Assembly: GCA_937928795.1 (NCBI GenBank)
Contig: CALFWB010000066.1
Span: 38 to 64,037, forward strand
Direction of reading: 5' to 3'
Source of the DNA: an uncultured Anaerolineales bacterium
GTDB lineage: Bacteria > Chloroflexota > Anaerolineae > Anaerolineales > UBA4823
DNA: 64,000 bases
Of this stretch, positions 1 through 8,573 are shown one piece after another. The position numbers and the translations under genes are program-made. The notes beneath the pieces are model-generated. The model was not told the DNA's origin, searched no databases, and was given only the letters and a program-made list of their open reading frames with translations. The stretch's first letter is position 1. Each line of letters begins with the position of its first letter.

Positions 1-17
1 AACTTTTGAGTGCACAC
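1..17. repeat. Terminal 17 bp of MITE family A (rest lies outside the window)
   Basis: AACTTTTGAGTGCACAC is identical to the end of the 78-bp copy at 37765-37842 and is the reverse complement of the start of the copy at 20886. Confidence 0.75.
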
Positions 18-103
18 GCTTGAAGTGACACGTTGCTCGCTTCACTCGAAAGCGGAGCTTGCTGTTCCGAAAAGAGCCTCACATTAAATTTTTGAAAAGC
101 CCT
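18..103. mobile_element. End of a miniature element inserted into intI
   Basis: Ends in TTTTTGAAAAGCCCT, the same terminus as the element ending at 45971. IntI homology (…GLRLRV) stops exactly here. Confidence 0.55.
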
Positions 104-549
104 ACCCGCAGGCGCAGGCCTTCCATCAAGCGCAGACCGGAACCATAGAGCCAGGTGTGCTTTCAGCCGATAAATTCCAGAAAGATGGGCGAAAACTTGC
201 TGAACCTCCCATTTGGTCAAGACGGTGGGCAGGCGCTTGGGGTTTTTGGCACGCAGAGCCTGCAGTGGAATGGAGATGTCTTGGTGCAGAACTTCTCGAT
301 AGAGAAACAAGAGCGCACTGTAAGCCTGGTTTTGGCCGGATGCGGATACCTTTTCGTTCACCGCCAGATGGGTAAGAAAGGCTTCGATTTCAACGGCACC
401 CATCTCAGCGGGATGACGCTTCTTGTGGAAGAGGATATACCGCTTAATCCAATCCACGTAGGTCTGCTCTGTGCGATAGGAGTAGTGTTTGAGACGGAGA
501 GTCTCACGAACCTGATCAAGCAGTTTTGGGGTTGGGTGTGGATTGACAA
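103..549 (-). pseudogene. intI: Integron integrase (tyrosine recombinase), N-terminal part; frameshifted and truncated
   Basis: Manual minus-strand translation gives KLLDQVRETLRLKHYSYRTEQTYVDWIKRYILFHKKRHPAEMGAVEIEAFLTHLAVNEKVSASGQNQAYSALLFLYREVL…RAKNPKRLPTVLT, a typical IntI N-terminus. After a frameshift near 150 it reads LYGSGLRLMEGLRLRV and then ends abruptly. The likely TTG start (549, GAGGTG RBS) is also out of frame. Confidence 0.92.
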
Positions 550-565
550 AGAGAACACCTCTGAA

Positions 566-596
566 TTGCTTGAAAAAATTAGGAGGATGCTATAAT
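566..596 (+). promoter_or_regulatory. Candidate cassette promoter (Pc-like), extended -10
   Basis: TGCTATAAT at 588-596 points into the cassette array, with TTGCTT/TTGAAA upstream. Confidence 0.55.
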
Positions 597-628
597 GGTA
601 TTAGCAAAAAAGTATATGATGGAATTCA

Positions 629-657
629 ATTAAACGAAGGTTTTCCGTAAACGTCAA
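629..657 (-). promoter_or_regulatory. Candidate intI promoter
   Basis: Minus strand reads TTGACG-17 nt-TTTAAT, pointing to the intI start. Confidence 0.55.
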
Positions 658-739
658 CAATTAAGGGATTAGGTGGATTCCGTATAAGAAGGAGATAAAT
701 CGTTGCTAGAGTTGGTTTCCGTCTAATTAATAGTTAGGC
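641..739 (+). mobile_element. attI-like integron recombination site
   Basis: GTTRRRY core GTTAGGC at 733-739 lies just before the first cassette gene, preceded by CCGTCTAATTAATA. Three TTCCGT direct repeats (643, 678, 717) could be accessory integrase sites. Confidence 0.7.
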
Positions 740-771
740 GGGCTATGATCTTGGAGACAAAGTAGGAAGGG

Positions 772-1800
772 ATGACTTACAAGTGCGTTGTCATTACCGA
801 GTTTGGTGGGCCAGAAGTCCTCAAGATGGTCGAGGAGACTGAATTACCAGAGCCAAAACCCGGCGAGGTACGAGTCAAGGTGTTGGTCACGAGTGCAGCC
901 TTCACTGACGTGATGATTCGCAAAGGAAAGTATCCCGACGTGAAGGATAAGCCGCCTTTCTCCCCGGGCTATGATATGGTCGGCGTGGTAGACAAGTTGG
1001 GTGAAGGCAGAAGCCGTTTTGAGGTGGGGCAGCGAGTAGCAGACCTCACAGTCATTGGTGCATATTCGGAATACCTCTGTATACCGGAAATCCGTTTAAC
1101 GCATATGCCCGAGAGTCTCGACTTAGCGGAAGCAGTCAGCCTCGTACTTTCGTATGTCACTGCATATCAAATGCTCCATCGGGTGGCAAAAGTGAAGCAA
1201 GGTCAGCGCATCTTGATACATGGTGCAGGAGGGGCTGTTGGCACAGCAGTGCTGCAATTAGGTTAGCTATTGGATTTGGAAATATACGGCACGGCTTCCA
1301 AGTCCAAACATGACTTGCTCAAACGACTGGGCGCAACGCCCATTGATTACAAAGGTGAAGATTTCGTGGAGCGCATCCGTAGCCTAACAGGTGATGGTGT
1401 TGACGCAGTTTTTGACCCAATAGGAGGTGAGAATTTCAAGCGGTCATTTCGTGCATTGCGGCGCGGTGGGAAACTGGTGGCGTATGGCTTCTACAATGCA
1501 GTACAGGGAAGGGGTGGCAGCATCCCGTTGGATTTCGTGCGGCTTCAGCTATGGCACTTCTTGCCGAATGGACGGTCAACAGCGTTCTACTCGATTGGTG
1601 CATTGCGGCAGAAAAAACCCGATTGGTTTTCAGAGGACTTGACCAAGTTGTTTGATTTGTTAACACAGAACAAAATCAAGCCCATCATTGCGGCGCGTAT
1701 GCCACTGGCGGAGGCCAAGCGTGCCCATGAACTTATCGAACAAGCAGAGGTACAGGGCAAGATTGTGCTAACTGTTGCCGAAACGACCGTCCAAAAGTAG
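772..1800 (+). pseudogene. Medium-chain dehydrogenase/reductase (quinone oxidoreductase/VAT-1-like) with an internal stop
   Basis: ORFs 772-1266 and 1270-1800 are in the same frame, split by a TAG at 1264-1266. Motifs FGGPEVL, PGYDMVGVV, IHGAGGAVG, GKIVL. Confidence 0.85.
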
Positions 1801-2008
1801 GCGGGCGAACACCTGTCCCACATTTGTTACTGCACAAGGAGTTGGCCCATGACCAAGTCACAATCTCGTCCGGCGATGAGCCGCTGTGACTTTCTTAAAG
1901 TCGCCGACCGTGGCAGCAACGGCTGTCACATGTCCCGGTTTGGGGTATCTCGCCACCCGCGCACCGAGTGTAGATACCCCTGAGTTTGCTTTTGGAGAGG
2001 AGGCAAAC

Positions 2009-2500
2009 GTGAATAGGCGAATTCTCATTACCTATGCCACTCGCGCTGGGTCTACCGCCGAGGTGGCTGCTGCCATAGGCGAAACCCTCAGCGCCCGTGG
2101 CTACGTCGTGGATGTCAAACCGGTCAAGCAGAAGCCTGATCTCACCGGCTATGCCGCCATCGTAATGGGCAGCGCCATCCGCATGGGCAATTGGTTGCCC
2201 GAGGCTGTGGATTTTGTCAAGCGCAACCAGTCCGCACTGAATCAGGTGCCTGTTGCGCTCTTTACTGTACACATGCTCAACATCGGTGATGATGAGACCA
2301 GTCGGACTGCCCGTCTGGCCTACTTGAACGCCGTACGCCCATTGTTGAATAACGCAGAAGAAGTCTACTTTGAGGGCAAGATGGACTTCTCGCGCCTGTC
2401 CTTTCTTGACCGGATGATTGCCCGCATGGTCGGTGCGGTAGAGGCCGACCGCCGAGATTGGGACAGAATCCGCGGCTGGGTTCCGGCAGCACTGGGTTAA
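2009..2500 (+). CDS. Flavodoxin-domain protein (HemG/Flavodoxin_5-like); upstream Tat-leader extension from 1849 is frameshifted
   Basis: ILITYATRAGSTAEVA, IVMGSAIRMGNW, DRRDWDRIRGW. GGAGG RBS before GTG 2009. Confidence 0.8.
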   Translation: MNRRILITYATRAGSTAEVAAAIGETLSARGYVVDVKPVKQKPDLTGYAAIVMGSAIRMGNWLPEAVDFVKRNQSALNQVPVALFTVHMLNIGDDETSRTARLAYLNAVRPLLNNAEEVYFEGKMDFSRLSFLDRMIARMVGAVEADRRDWDRIRGWVPAALG

Positions 2501-2510
2501 GGGAGGATAG

Positions 2511-3371
2511 ATGCACACAAGTCCAGCGCTCAAATGGCTTATCCCCTTGATTTTCATTCTGATGCTGATCGCCGCTCTGTCTGGTCTGTGGCCCGCCGAG
2601 GGGACACCCTACCCGCTCACGACCTTTCGCGGCGAGGAAGTGACGATCAACGCGCGTGGTTTGTATTATCGGGATACGGTTAGTTCGGCGGCTCAAATGC
2701 AGGCTAACGACTTGGTCATGCTGGTGCTCGGCCTGCCGCTGTTGGCGATTTCCTTCTGGCTGACGCAGCGCGGCTCGCTGCGTGGGCAACTATTGCTGGC
2801 AGGCACGCTGGGCTTCATACTCTATACCTACATCACGATGTGTTTCGGCGCAGCCTACAACCAGTTGTTCCTGGTCTATGTAGCGTTGTTCAGCCTAAGC
2901 CTGTTCGCCTTCCTGCTGGTAATGATGTCTTTTGATGTCCCCTCTCTGCCGGCGCGTTTTTCCGGCAGACTACCGCGGGGCTGGATTGCCGTATTGCTCT
3001 TTTTCGCGGCTGGGTTCTTGCTCCTGGCTTGGCTGGGGCGCATCGCCGCGACTTTCACTCCAGGTGCAGTTCCTGCGCTGGAGAACACTACCAGTATGTT
3101 CATCCAGGCCATGGATCTAGGCATCATCGTTCCCGTCTGCGTGCTTTCGGGTATCCTGCTGCTACGCCGAAGCCTTTGGGGTTACCTGCTGGCCTCGGTG
3201 GGGATGATGAAATTCCTGACATTGGGCATCGCCGTCAGCGTGATGGGGTTGAACATGGCGCGAGTCGGAGTGCCGGTCAGTGCGGAAGAGTTGGTAATCT
3301 TCCCTACCATCGCCATCACCAATATCTTGATGACCGTGGTGCTGCTCAAGAACATCACTTCAGCAGAGTAG
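2511..3371 (+). CDS. Polytopic membrane protein of unknown function
   Basis: 286 aa with about 8 hydrophobic segments. GGAGG RBS 10 nt after the flavodoxin stop. Confidence 0.8.
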   Translation: MHTSPALKWLIPLIFILMLIAALSGLWPAEGTPYPLTTFRGEEVTINARGLYYRDTVSSAAQMQANDLVMLVLGLPLLAISFWLTQRGSLRGQLLLAGTLGFILYTYITMCFGAAYNQLFLVYVALFSLSLFAFLLVMMSFDVPSLPARFSGRLPRGWIAVLLFFAAGFLLLAWLGRIAATFTPGAVPALENTTSMFIQAMDLGIIVPVCVLSGILLLRRSLWGYLLASVGMMKFLTLGIAVSVMGLNMARVGVPVSAEELVIFPTIAITNILMTVVLLKNITSAE

Positions 3372-3411
3372 AAGGGGCGATTCACACCAACTGTTGAGTT
3401 GCAGCGGAAGC

Positions 3412-3488
3412 GCCCGCCTAACAATCGCTTCCACCTGACGCCGCTCCGCTGCGCTTGGTCGCTGCGGCTAAGCTCGGTGCCGTTAGCT
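3412..3488 (+). mobile_element. attC site 1
   Basis: Inverse core GCCTAAC (3416-3422) and core GTTAGCT (3482-3488) flank a GC-rich imperfect palindrome. GCCCGCCTAAC is the exact reverse complement of GTTAGGCGGGC at 733-743. Confidence 0.85.
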
Positions 3489-3521
3489 GGCACTTGCGCA
3501 ATAAACTAAAAGGAAACCACA

Positions 3522-4323
3522 ATGACACAATTTCCTCGATTGAGTAACCGTGAATGGGATGTTCTAAAACTATTGTTGCAGGGCAAAGGCAATAAACAAA
3601 TTGCTTTATCTCTTGATATTTCTGTCCGCACGGTTGAGTTCCATTTTGAAAAATATTTATGCCAAGTTTCAGGCAAGTTCCAGAATAGAGTTGATTTTGA
3701 AACTAGGGAGCGCCACAGGTGAGTTTGAAATTGAAAAACTAGGGCGTTCCACAGTTGCGAATATAGGGGAAAATGTCGAAAATAGAGACAGGCTCAATTT
3801 ACGGAAGAGTTGGGCAGGATCTTTCATCGGCAAGGAGATAGACATGAAAAACATACTGACTTCAAAGCATGTTCTGGTAGGAGTAATGACGACGCTCTTC
3901 ACAGGCGCAATGTGGGTTTCTGCGCTCCTATATTCGCAATTGTTGTTCCCAAGTGAAATCAAGGCATGGGTTGCGCCCCTGATTATCGTTTGGGTCATTA
4001 TCGGTCTAACAATTGGGCTTGTTGGAAATCGCTATGGTGCTACGCTACAACGAGTGTTTTTCAGCACCTTACTTGGCGCAGGCTTGAGTCCGTTTACGAT
4101 TATTCCGCTTATGATGTTCGTTGTCTTACCCATCGGAAAACTGGCTGAATGGCTTGGAATGATTGACCCAGCAACAATGCCCAATGATGTTGCTACCAAC
4201 TTAACAATGATTGCAATGATAACAATATGGCTTTTCGTTGGAATATTTATCGGGATTATCTTGTTGTTCTTGACCATAAAAAAGCCTGAACAAGCAAAAG
4301 TTCAAGCGCAGTTTTCGGGATAA
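3522..4323 (+). pseudogene. LuxR-type HTH fused to a 4-TM membrane domain; +1 frameshift at ~3645; the membrane domain has its own start at 3844
   Basis: LSNREWDVLKLLLQGKGNKQIALSLDISVRTVEFH continues as LKNIYAKFQASSRIELIL in the next frame (CATTTTGAAA has one extra T). AAGGAGATAGAC-ATG at 3844. Confidence 0.8.
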
Positions 4324-4353
4324 AGTTTGTAAGGCAGAGTTACTTGTAACCTA

Positions 4354-4483
4354 AAGTGCCAGCCAACACCGCTTGCTAAGAACCAACTCATCTGGTTCAC
4401 CCGCTGGGGAGGCTGGCGCGCCTGTCAGGGAGTGTTGCACCTGATGCCGCTTTGCGGCGCGGCAGAGCGGCCAGCCGTTAGCG
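4354..4483 (+). mobile_element. attC site 2 (degenerate)
   Basis: AAGTGCCAGCCAAC (4354-4367) is complementary at 13/14 positions to GTTAGCTGGCACTT at the cassette start (3482). Core GTTAGCG at 4477-4483. Internal GCCGC-TTT-GCGGC hairpin. Confidence 0.75.
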
Positions 4484-4610
4484 GTTTAGAGGTATAAAGT
4501 CAGAGGTAGGCTTGCTGCTATCGAGGGAGAAAAGACCATGAAAATCATCTATGGCAGAGCTCGCCTACGAGTCGTCAGACCGCTGGGCGAATAAGCTACT
4601 TTCCCATCAA

Positions 4611-4696
4611 TGGGGCGGGTGGGAGTCGAACCCACAAGGAGTGTCACCTCCGGAGGATTTTAAGTCCCCTGCGTCTGCCAGTTCCGCCACCGCCCC
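4611..4696 (-). tRNA. tRNA-Leu(TAA)
   Basis: Minus strand GGGGCGGTGGCGGAACTGGCAGACGCAGGGGACTTAAAATCCTCC…GTGGGTTCGACTCCCACCCGCCCCA. Long variable arm, TAA anticodon, CCA not encoded. Confidence 0.96.
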
Positions 4697-4729
4697 TTTG
4701 CATTAATTCTACCCAAAAACTGGTAGTGG

Positions 4730-5386
4730 TCAAGCAATTTGGAAGTTTTTTTTCCATTTAGCATAGCGCGAAATCAGATGGACGATTGGCGAAGATAGGC
4801 GGGTGTAAATTTTTGAGTTTTGAAGGGCTATTCGAAATTCAGTTACCCCGTCAAAATTCTCCATCAAATGATGCGCTCTCCCAACTTCGCCAGCGGAGTG
4901 AGCATCTGAACCTACCGTTCCAAGTAAATTGTGGAGTTCCGCAAAAGACTGCGCTTGGTGATTGTGCTGGCTTATGATACAACGTGCGTTGAAAACTTCA
5001 ATAGCATCCACTTGACCAGCAACCTGAATTAAGTCCGCTTCTTGCCAGTGACCCTTACGAAAGGAGTCGTAAGGGTGAGAAACACTAATGAAGGCCCCTT
5101 GTCGGCGCAGTTCTGCGATGACTTCTGTGACATCTAAACCGGCTGGGATCTCTTCTTTGACAAAAAAAGCCAGCAGTTCTCCTTGACGGGTTAGGATTTC
5201 TTCCCCCACGATCACACTATCAGGAGCCATCTGTTGGGCAAGAAGGGCATTTTGGATCATATTATGGTCGGTTATGGCAATTTTGTCGATCTTCCGTTGT
5301 TTACAGACTGCTAAGAGTTTAGGGATGCTCAATAAACTATCTGCGGAAGCGTCGGTATGGCAGTGAAGTTCAACACGGATGGGCAT
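4730..5386 (-). CDS. PHP-domain metal-dependent phosphoesterase
   Basis: ELHCHT, AITDHN, GEEI, HPYD, GSDAH motifs. Confidence 0.9.
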   Translation of the reverse strand: MPIRVELHCHTDASADSLLSIPKLLAVCKQRKIDKIAITDHNMIQNALLAQQMAPDSVIVGEEILTRQGELLAFFVKEEIPAGLDVTEVIAELRRQGAFISVSHPYDSFRKGHWQEADLIQVAGQVDAIEVFNARCIISQHNHQAQSFAELHNLLGTVGSDAHSAGEVGRAHHLMENFDGVTEFRIALQNSKIYTRLSSPIVHLISRYAKWKKNFQIA

Positions 5387-5470
5387 GATGAAAGGTTTAT
5401 CTCCTCGCTAGGTTTGTGCTGTAAAAACGGATGCTCTTGAACAGAGAGGTTCTATTATAATTTAGAGAGG

Positions 5471-6430
5471 ATGATCAAGCAGAACAATTTTGAGTTGAAA
5501 ACAGACGGTCCGGTGGTCGTTATCGGTGCAGCAGGGGTGGACATCGTTGGTAAATTAAAAGGCGACTTGCATGAAGGATCATCCAATCCAGCACGCATCC
5601 GCACCACCTTTGGCGGAGTGGCAAGGAATGTGGCAGAGAATCTAGCCCGCTTAGGTCAAACGGCTATTCTCCTAACGGCGGTAGGAAGTGATGAAGAAGG
5701 TGAGCGTTTGATCAAGGCTGCCCAATTAGCCGGAGTCAATACCGAATACGTCGTTCGCTGTGAAGACTATCCGACCGGCATGTATATGGGCATTTTGAAC
5801 CATAAGGCAGAAATCCTGTTTGCCTTAGATAATATGGAGATTATCCGCAACATCACTCCTCAGTATATTCGCAGCCATGCCAAATTGCTCAAAGAGGCTT
5901 CGTTTATTTTCGTGGATATGAATCTTCCTCCCGAAGCCCTCAAAACAATTTTTTCCTTGGCAAAGCGTTATCGTGTCCCGATCTGTGCTGACCCTACCTC
6001 GATGCACTTAGCGCAGCGTTTACGACCCTATTTGGCGCAAACCTTTTTGATCACTCCTAATTTTGCTGAAGCCGCCTTGCTTGCCCAACAGTCTCATAAG
6101 CTCCCGTCTCGCCGTCAAGCCCTGATGATCGCCAAAGCACTGGTCGGTCAAGGGGTAGATGTCGTGATTATTACGCTGGCTGAGCAGGGACTCTGCTATG
6201 CTTCTTCGGAGACAAACGGGCATATCCCGGCTATCCAGACCGAGATCGTTGATCCAACCGGTGTGGGAGATGCTTTGACGGCTGCGGTTCTGTTTGCCTT
6301 ACTAAATGAGATGCCCTTAGATGAAGCTTTGCGCTTGGGTGTATCAGCGGCGACCCTAACCTTACAATATCCCGGAGCGGTTGTTCCGGATTTATCATTA
6401 GAAAGGCTGTATGATCAATTGGTGATTTGA
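5471..6430 (+). CDS. psuK: PfkB-family kinase, probable pseudouridine kinase
   Basis: GGVARNVAENLARLG and DPTGVGD motifs; overlaps the start of psuG. Confidence 0.8.
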   Translation: MIKQNNFELKTDGPVVVIGAAGVDIVGKLKGDLHEGSSNPARIRTTFGGVARNVAENLARLGQTAILLTAVGSDEEGERLIKAAQLAGVNTEYVVRCEDYPTGMYMGILNHKAEILFALDNMEIIRNITPQYIRSHAKLLKEASFIFVDMNLPPEALKTIFSLAKRYRVPICADPTSMHLAQRLRPYLAQTFLITPNFAEAALLAQQSHKLPSRRQALMIAKALVGQGVDVVIITLAEQGLCYASSETNGHIPAIQTEIVDPTGVGDALTAAVLFALLNEMPLDEALRLGVSAATLTLQYPGAVVPDLSLERLYDQLVI

Positions 6431-7365
6431 TGAAAACCGAGACCTCCGCCTATTTCCGCCTCTCTTCCTCAATAACTGAAGCCTTAGCGACAGGGCAACC
6501 TGTGGTTGCATTGGAAACAACGGTAATCACCCACGGCTTACCGTACCCGCAGAACCTCCGCTTGGCTCAGGAGATCGAGCAACAGGTCAGGGATGCAGGA
6601 TGTGTCCCAGCCACTATTGGTATCCTCAATGGACAAATCGTCTGTGGATTAACAGAGGACGAAATTCGCTCCTTAGCCACTCGACAAATGGTTGCAAAGG
6701 CAAGCTGGCGTGACATCGCTCGATTGGTGGTTGAAAAGGGGTGGGCGGGAACGACAGTGGCTGCCACAATGTGGGTGGCACATCGCTTGGGAATACATGT
6801 GTTTTCAACCGGTGGGATTGGAGGCGTGCATCGCTATAGCGAGTTATTGCACCATGCGGATGTTTCGGCTGATATTCAAGCCTTAGCCGAGCTCCCGATG
6901 ATTGTGGTCTGTTCCGGTGCCAAGGCAATCCTTGACCTAGCAGCGACCCTAGAAGTCCTCGAAACCAACTCGGTCCCGGTGGTGGGTTACCAAACACGGC
7001 ACTTTCCTGCTTTTTATAGCGCAGGGAGCGAGGATTTAGAGGTGAGCATGGTGGCAAACTCACCTCAGGAAGTTGCCGAGTTTGCTCAAACCCATTGGAA
7101 TTTGGGTTTTCGCAGCGCAGTCCTTGTGGCTGTGCCGCCACCTGAAGCCGATGCTTTGCCAGCCGACCGAATGGAAGCGCTGATTGAACAATCCATCCAG
7201 GATGCAGAGACCCAAGGGATTCATGGTCAAGCCGTGACCCCTTTTCTATTACAACGTCTGAATGAGTTGTCGGGAGGCAAGAGCGTTCAAACGAATATAA
7301 GCTTATTGAAAAATAACGCCCGCGTTGCTGCCCAAATCGCCTTGGCATTCTCTACCAGTCATTAA
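6427..7365 (+). CDS. psuG: Pseudouridine-5'-phosphate glycosidase
   Basis: VVALETTVITHGLPYPQN, TGGIGGVHR, DVSAD, GAKAILD, VTPFLL. Confidence 0.95.
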   Translation: MMKTETSAYFRLSSSITEALATGQPVVALETTVITHGLPYPQNLRLAQEIEQQVRDAGCVPATIGILNGQIVCGLTEDEIRSLATRQMVAKASWRDIARLVVEKGWAGTTVAATMWVAHRLGIHVFSTGGIGGVHRYSELLHHADVSADIQALAELPMIVVCSGAKAILDLAATLEVLETNSVPVVGYQTRHFPAFYSAGSEDLEVSMVANSPQEVAEFAQTHWNLGFRSAVLVAVPPPEADALPADRMEALIEQSIQDAETQGIHGQAVTPFLLQRLNELSGGKSVQTNISLLKNNARVAAQIALAFSTSH

Positions 7366-8564
7366 TTGCTGGGAGTAGGTGTGCGGGTCAGGGTAGGATA
7401 AGGGGTGATACTTGGCGTGACCGGCGTACGCGTCAGCGTGGGATAGGGGGTGCGGGTTAGGGTAATTGTCGGACTGAGATAGGGAGTGCGAGTTAGGGTC
7501 ACGGTAGGGGTAAGCGTGGCCGTCCACGTGGGGCGTTTGGTGCGTGTCGCCGTAGGTGTATAGGTTGGAATGCGCGTGCGGGTTGGGGTTACAGGAGTGT
7601 AAGTCAAGGTCGGATAAGGGGTGCGAGTTGGAGTCAGGGTAGGACTAAAGCGCGCGGCTAAGGTTTGCCTTAACTGGGGTGATAGCGTTTGGGTTCGTGT
7701 GGGTGTAGAGGTACGCGTTGGTGTTAGCGTTCGAGTCGGAGTTGGGGTGCGAGACGGCGTTGGGCTTTGGGTGAAGGTGGAAGTCGGTGCAGGGGTAGGC
7801 GGTTCGCCGACTACTCGAAAACGTCCTGACCGTTTCCACAGTAAACCGTTAAATAGTTGGACTTCGTATTCGCCGGGTAACCATTTTGAGGGTTCGGGAT
7901 TCCAGTCGGTGTAGCCATACCCGCCCGTGCCGCCGTCCCAAACTTTGGTTTCAAAATGGACTAATTCACCGTTACGGTACCAGAGGGCTGTCCACTGGGA
8001 GCCATCGACCATTTGATCGTAGCTGAAGACGCCGTAAAGGTGTCCGACCGGATTGCGGAACTCCTCACCGGGAGCAATGGGTTGGTACAGGGCATCGATC
8101 CCTTGCGTAAAAACGATGGCGCTAAATTTTGCTTCTGGATTTGGGGAAACCGTTGCTTCAAAGCGAGCTTCAATAGCAAGGGGGACAAAGGGAGTTGGAG
8201 TGATGGTGGGGGTGTCGGTCACTTCAGGGGTTAGGGTGATGGTCGGTGTGAGGGTGATTGTGGGCGAGAGTGTGATGGTTGGAGAAAGGGTGATGGTTGG
8301 AGTGAGGGTCAGTGTAGGGGAAGGTGGAAATACGGCATAGATCATGGGTTCCAGTCGGGTATTTAAGACCAGAGTGACAAGCAGAAGCACAATCGAGCCG
8401 CCGAGCAGCCGCCAACCGCGTAGAGTTCGATTCCGCCTCAAGCGGAAAAAAGGCAATTTACGAGCCGTGCGAATGGATTGAATGCCTTGCCATACCATCA
8501 AGGCAGCTAGGATCAACAGGAGCAGCAGCGTGACCTGAACGGCAGTATGAATGTCAAGGTTCAT
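7362..8564 (-). CDS. Membrane-anchored Pro/Thr-rich surface protein
   Basis: Two N-terminal TM segments, TPT repeats flanking a ~120-aa beta-rich domain, and a long TPTRT/TPYPT tail. Confidence 0.8.
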   Translation of the reverse strand: MNLDIHTAVQVTLLLLLILAALMVWQGIQSIRTARKLPFFRLRRNRTLRGWRLLGGSIVLLLVTLVLNTRLEPMIYAVFPPSPTLTLTPTITLSPTITLSPTITLTPTITLTPEVTDTPTITPTPFVPLAIEARFEATVSPNPEAKFSAIVFTQGIDALYQPIAPGEEFRNPVGHLYGVFSYDQMVDGSQWTALWYRNGELVHFETKVWDGGTGGYGYTDWNPEPSKWLPGEYEVQLFNGLLWKRSGRFRVVGEPPTPAPTSTFTQSPTPSRTPTPTRTLTPTRTSTPTRTQTLSPQLRQTLAARFSPTLTPTRTPYPTLTYTPVTPTRTRIPTYTPTATRTKRPTWTATLTPTVTLTRTPYLSPTITLTRTPYPTLTRTPVTPSITPYPTLTRTPTPSN

Positions 8565-8573
8565 CGAAAAATT

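Noticed and set aside
155-595. 146-aa plus-strand ORF (and 157-375, 358-558)
   Set aside because: These are antisense or off-frame shadows of the intI remnant, whose minus-strand translation has clear family motifs.
1264-1266. In-frame TAG as pyrrolysine or programmed readthrough
   Set aside because: It falls at a non-catalytic position where AAG (Lys) is plausible, there are no pyl genes in the window, and neighbouring cassette genes are also decayed.
5439-5453. LexA (GAAC-N4-GTTC) box near psuK or at intI
   Set aside because: The spacing here is GAAC-N6-GTTC, and I saw no proper box in the intI promoter region.
7621-8340. Val/Gly-rich plus-strand ORFs
   Set aside because: They are antisense readings of the Pro/Thr repeats of the 7362-8564 gene.
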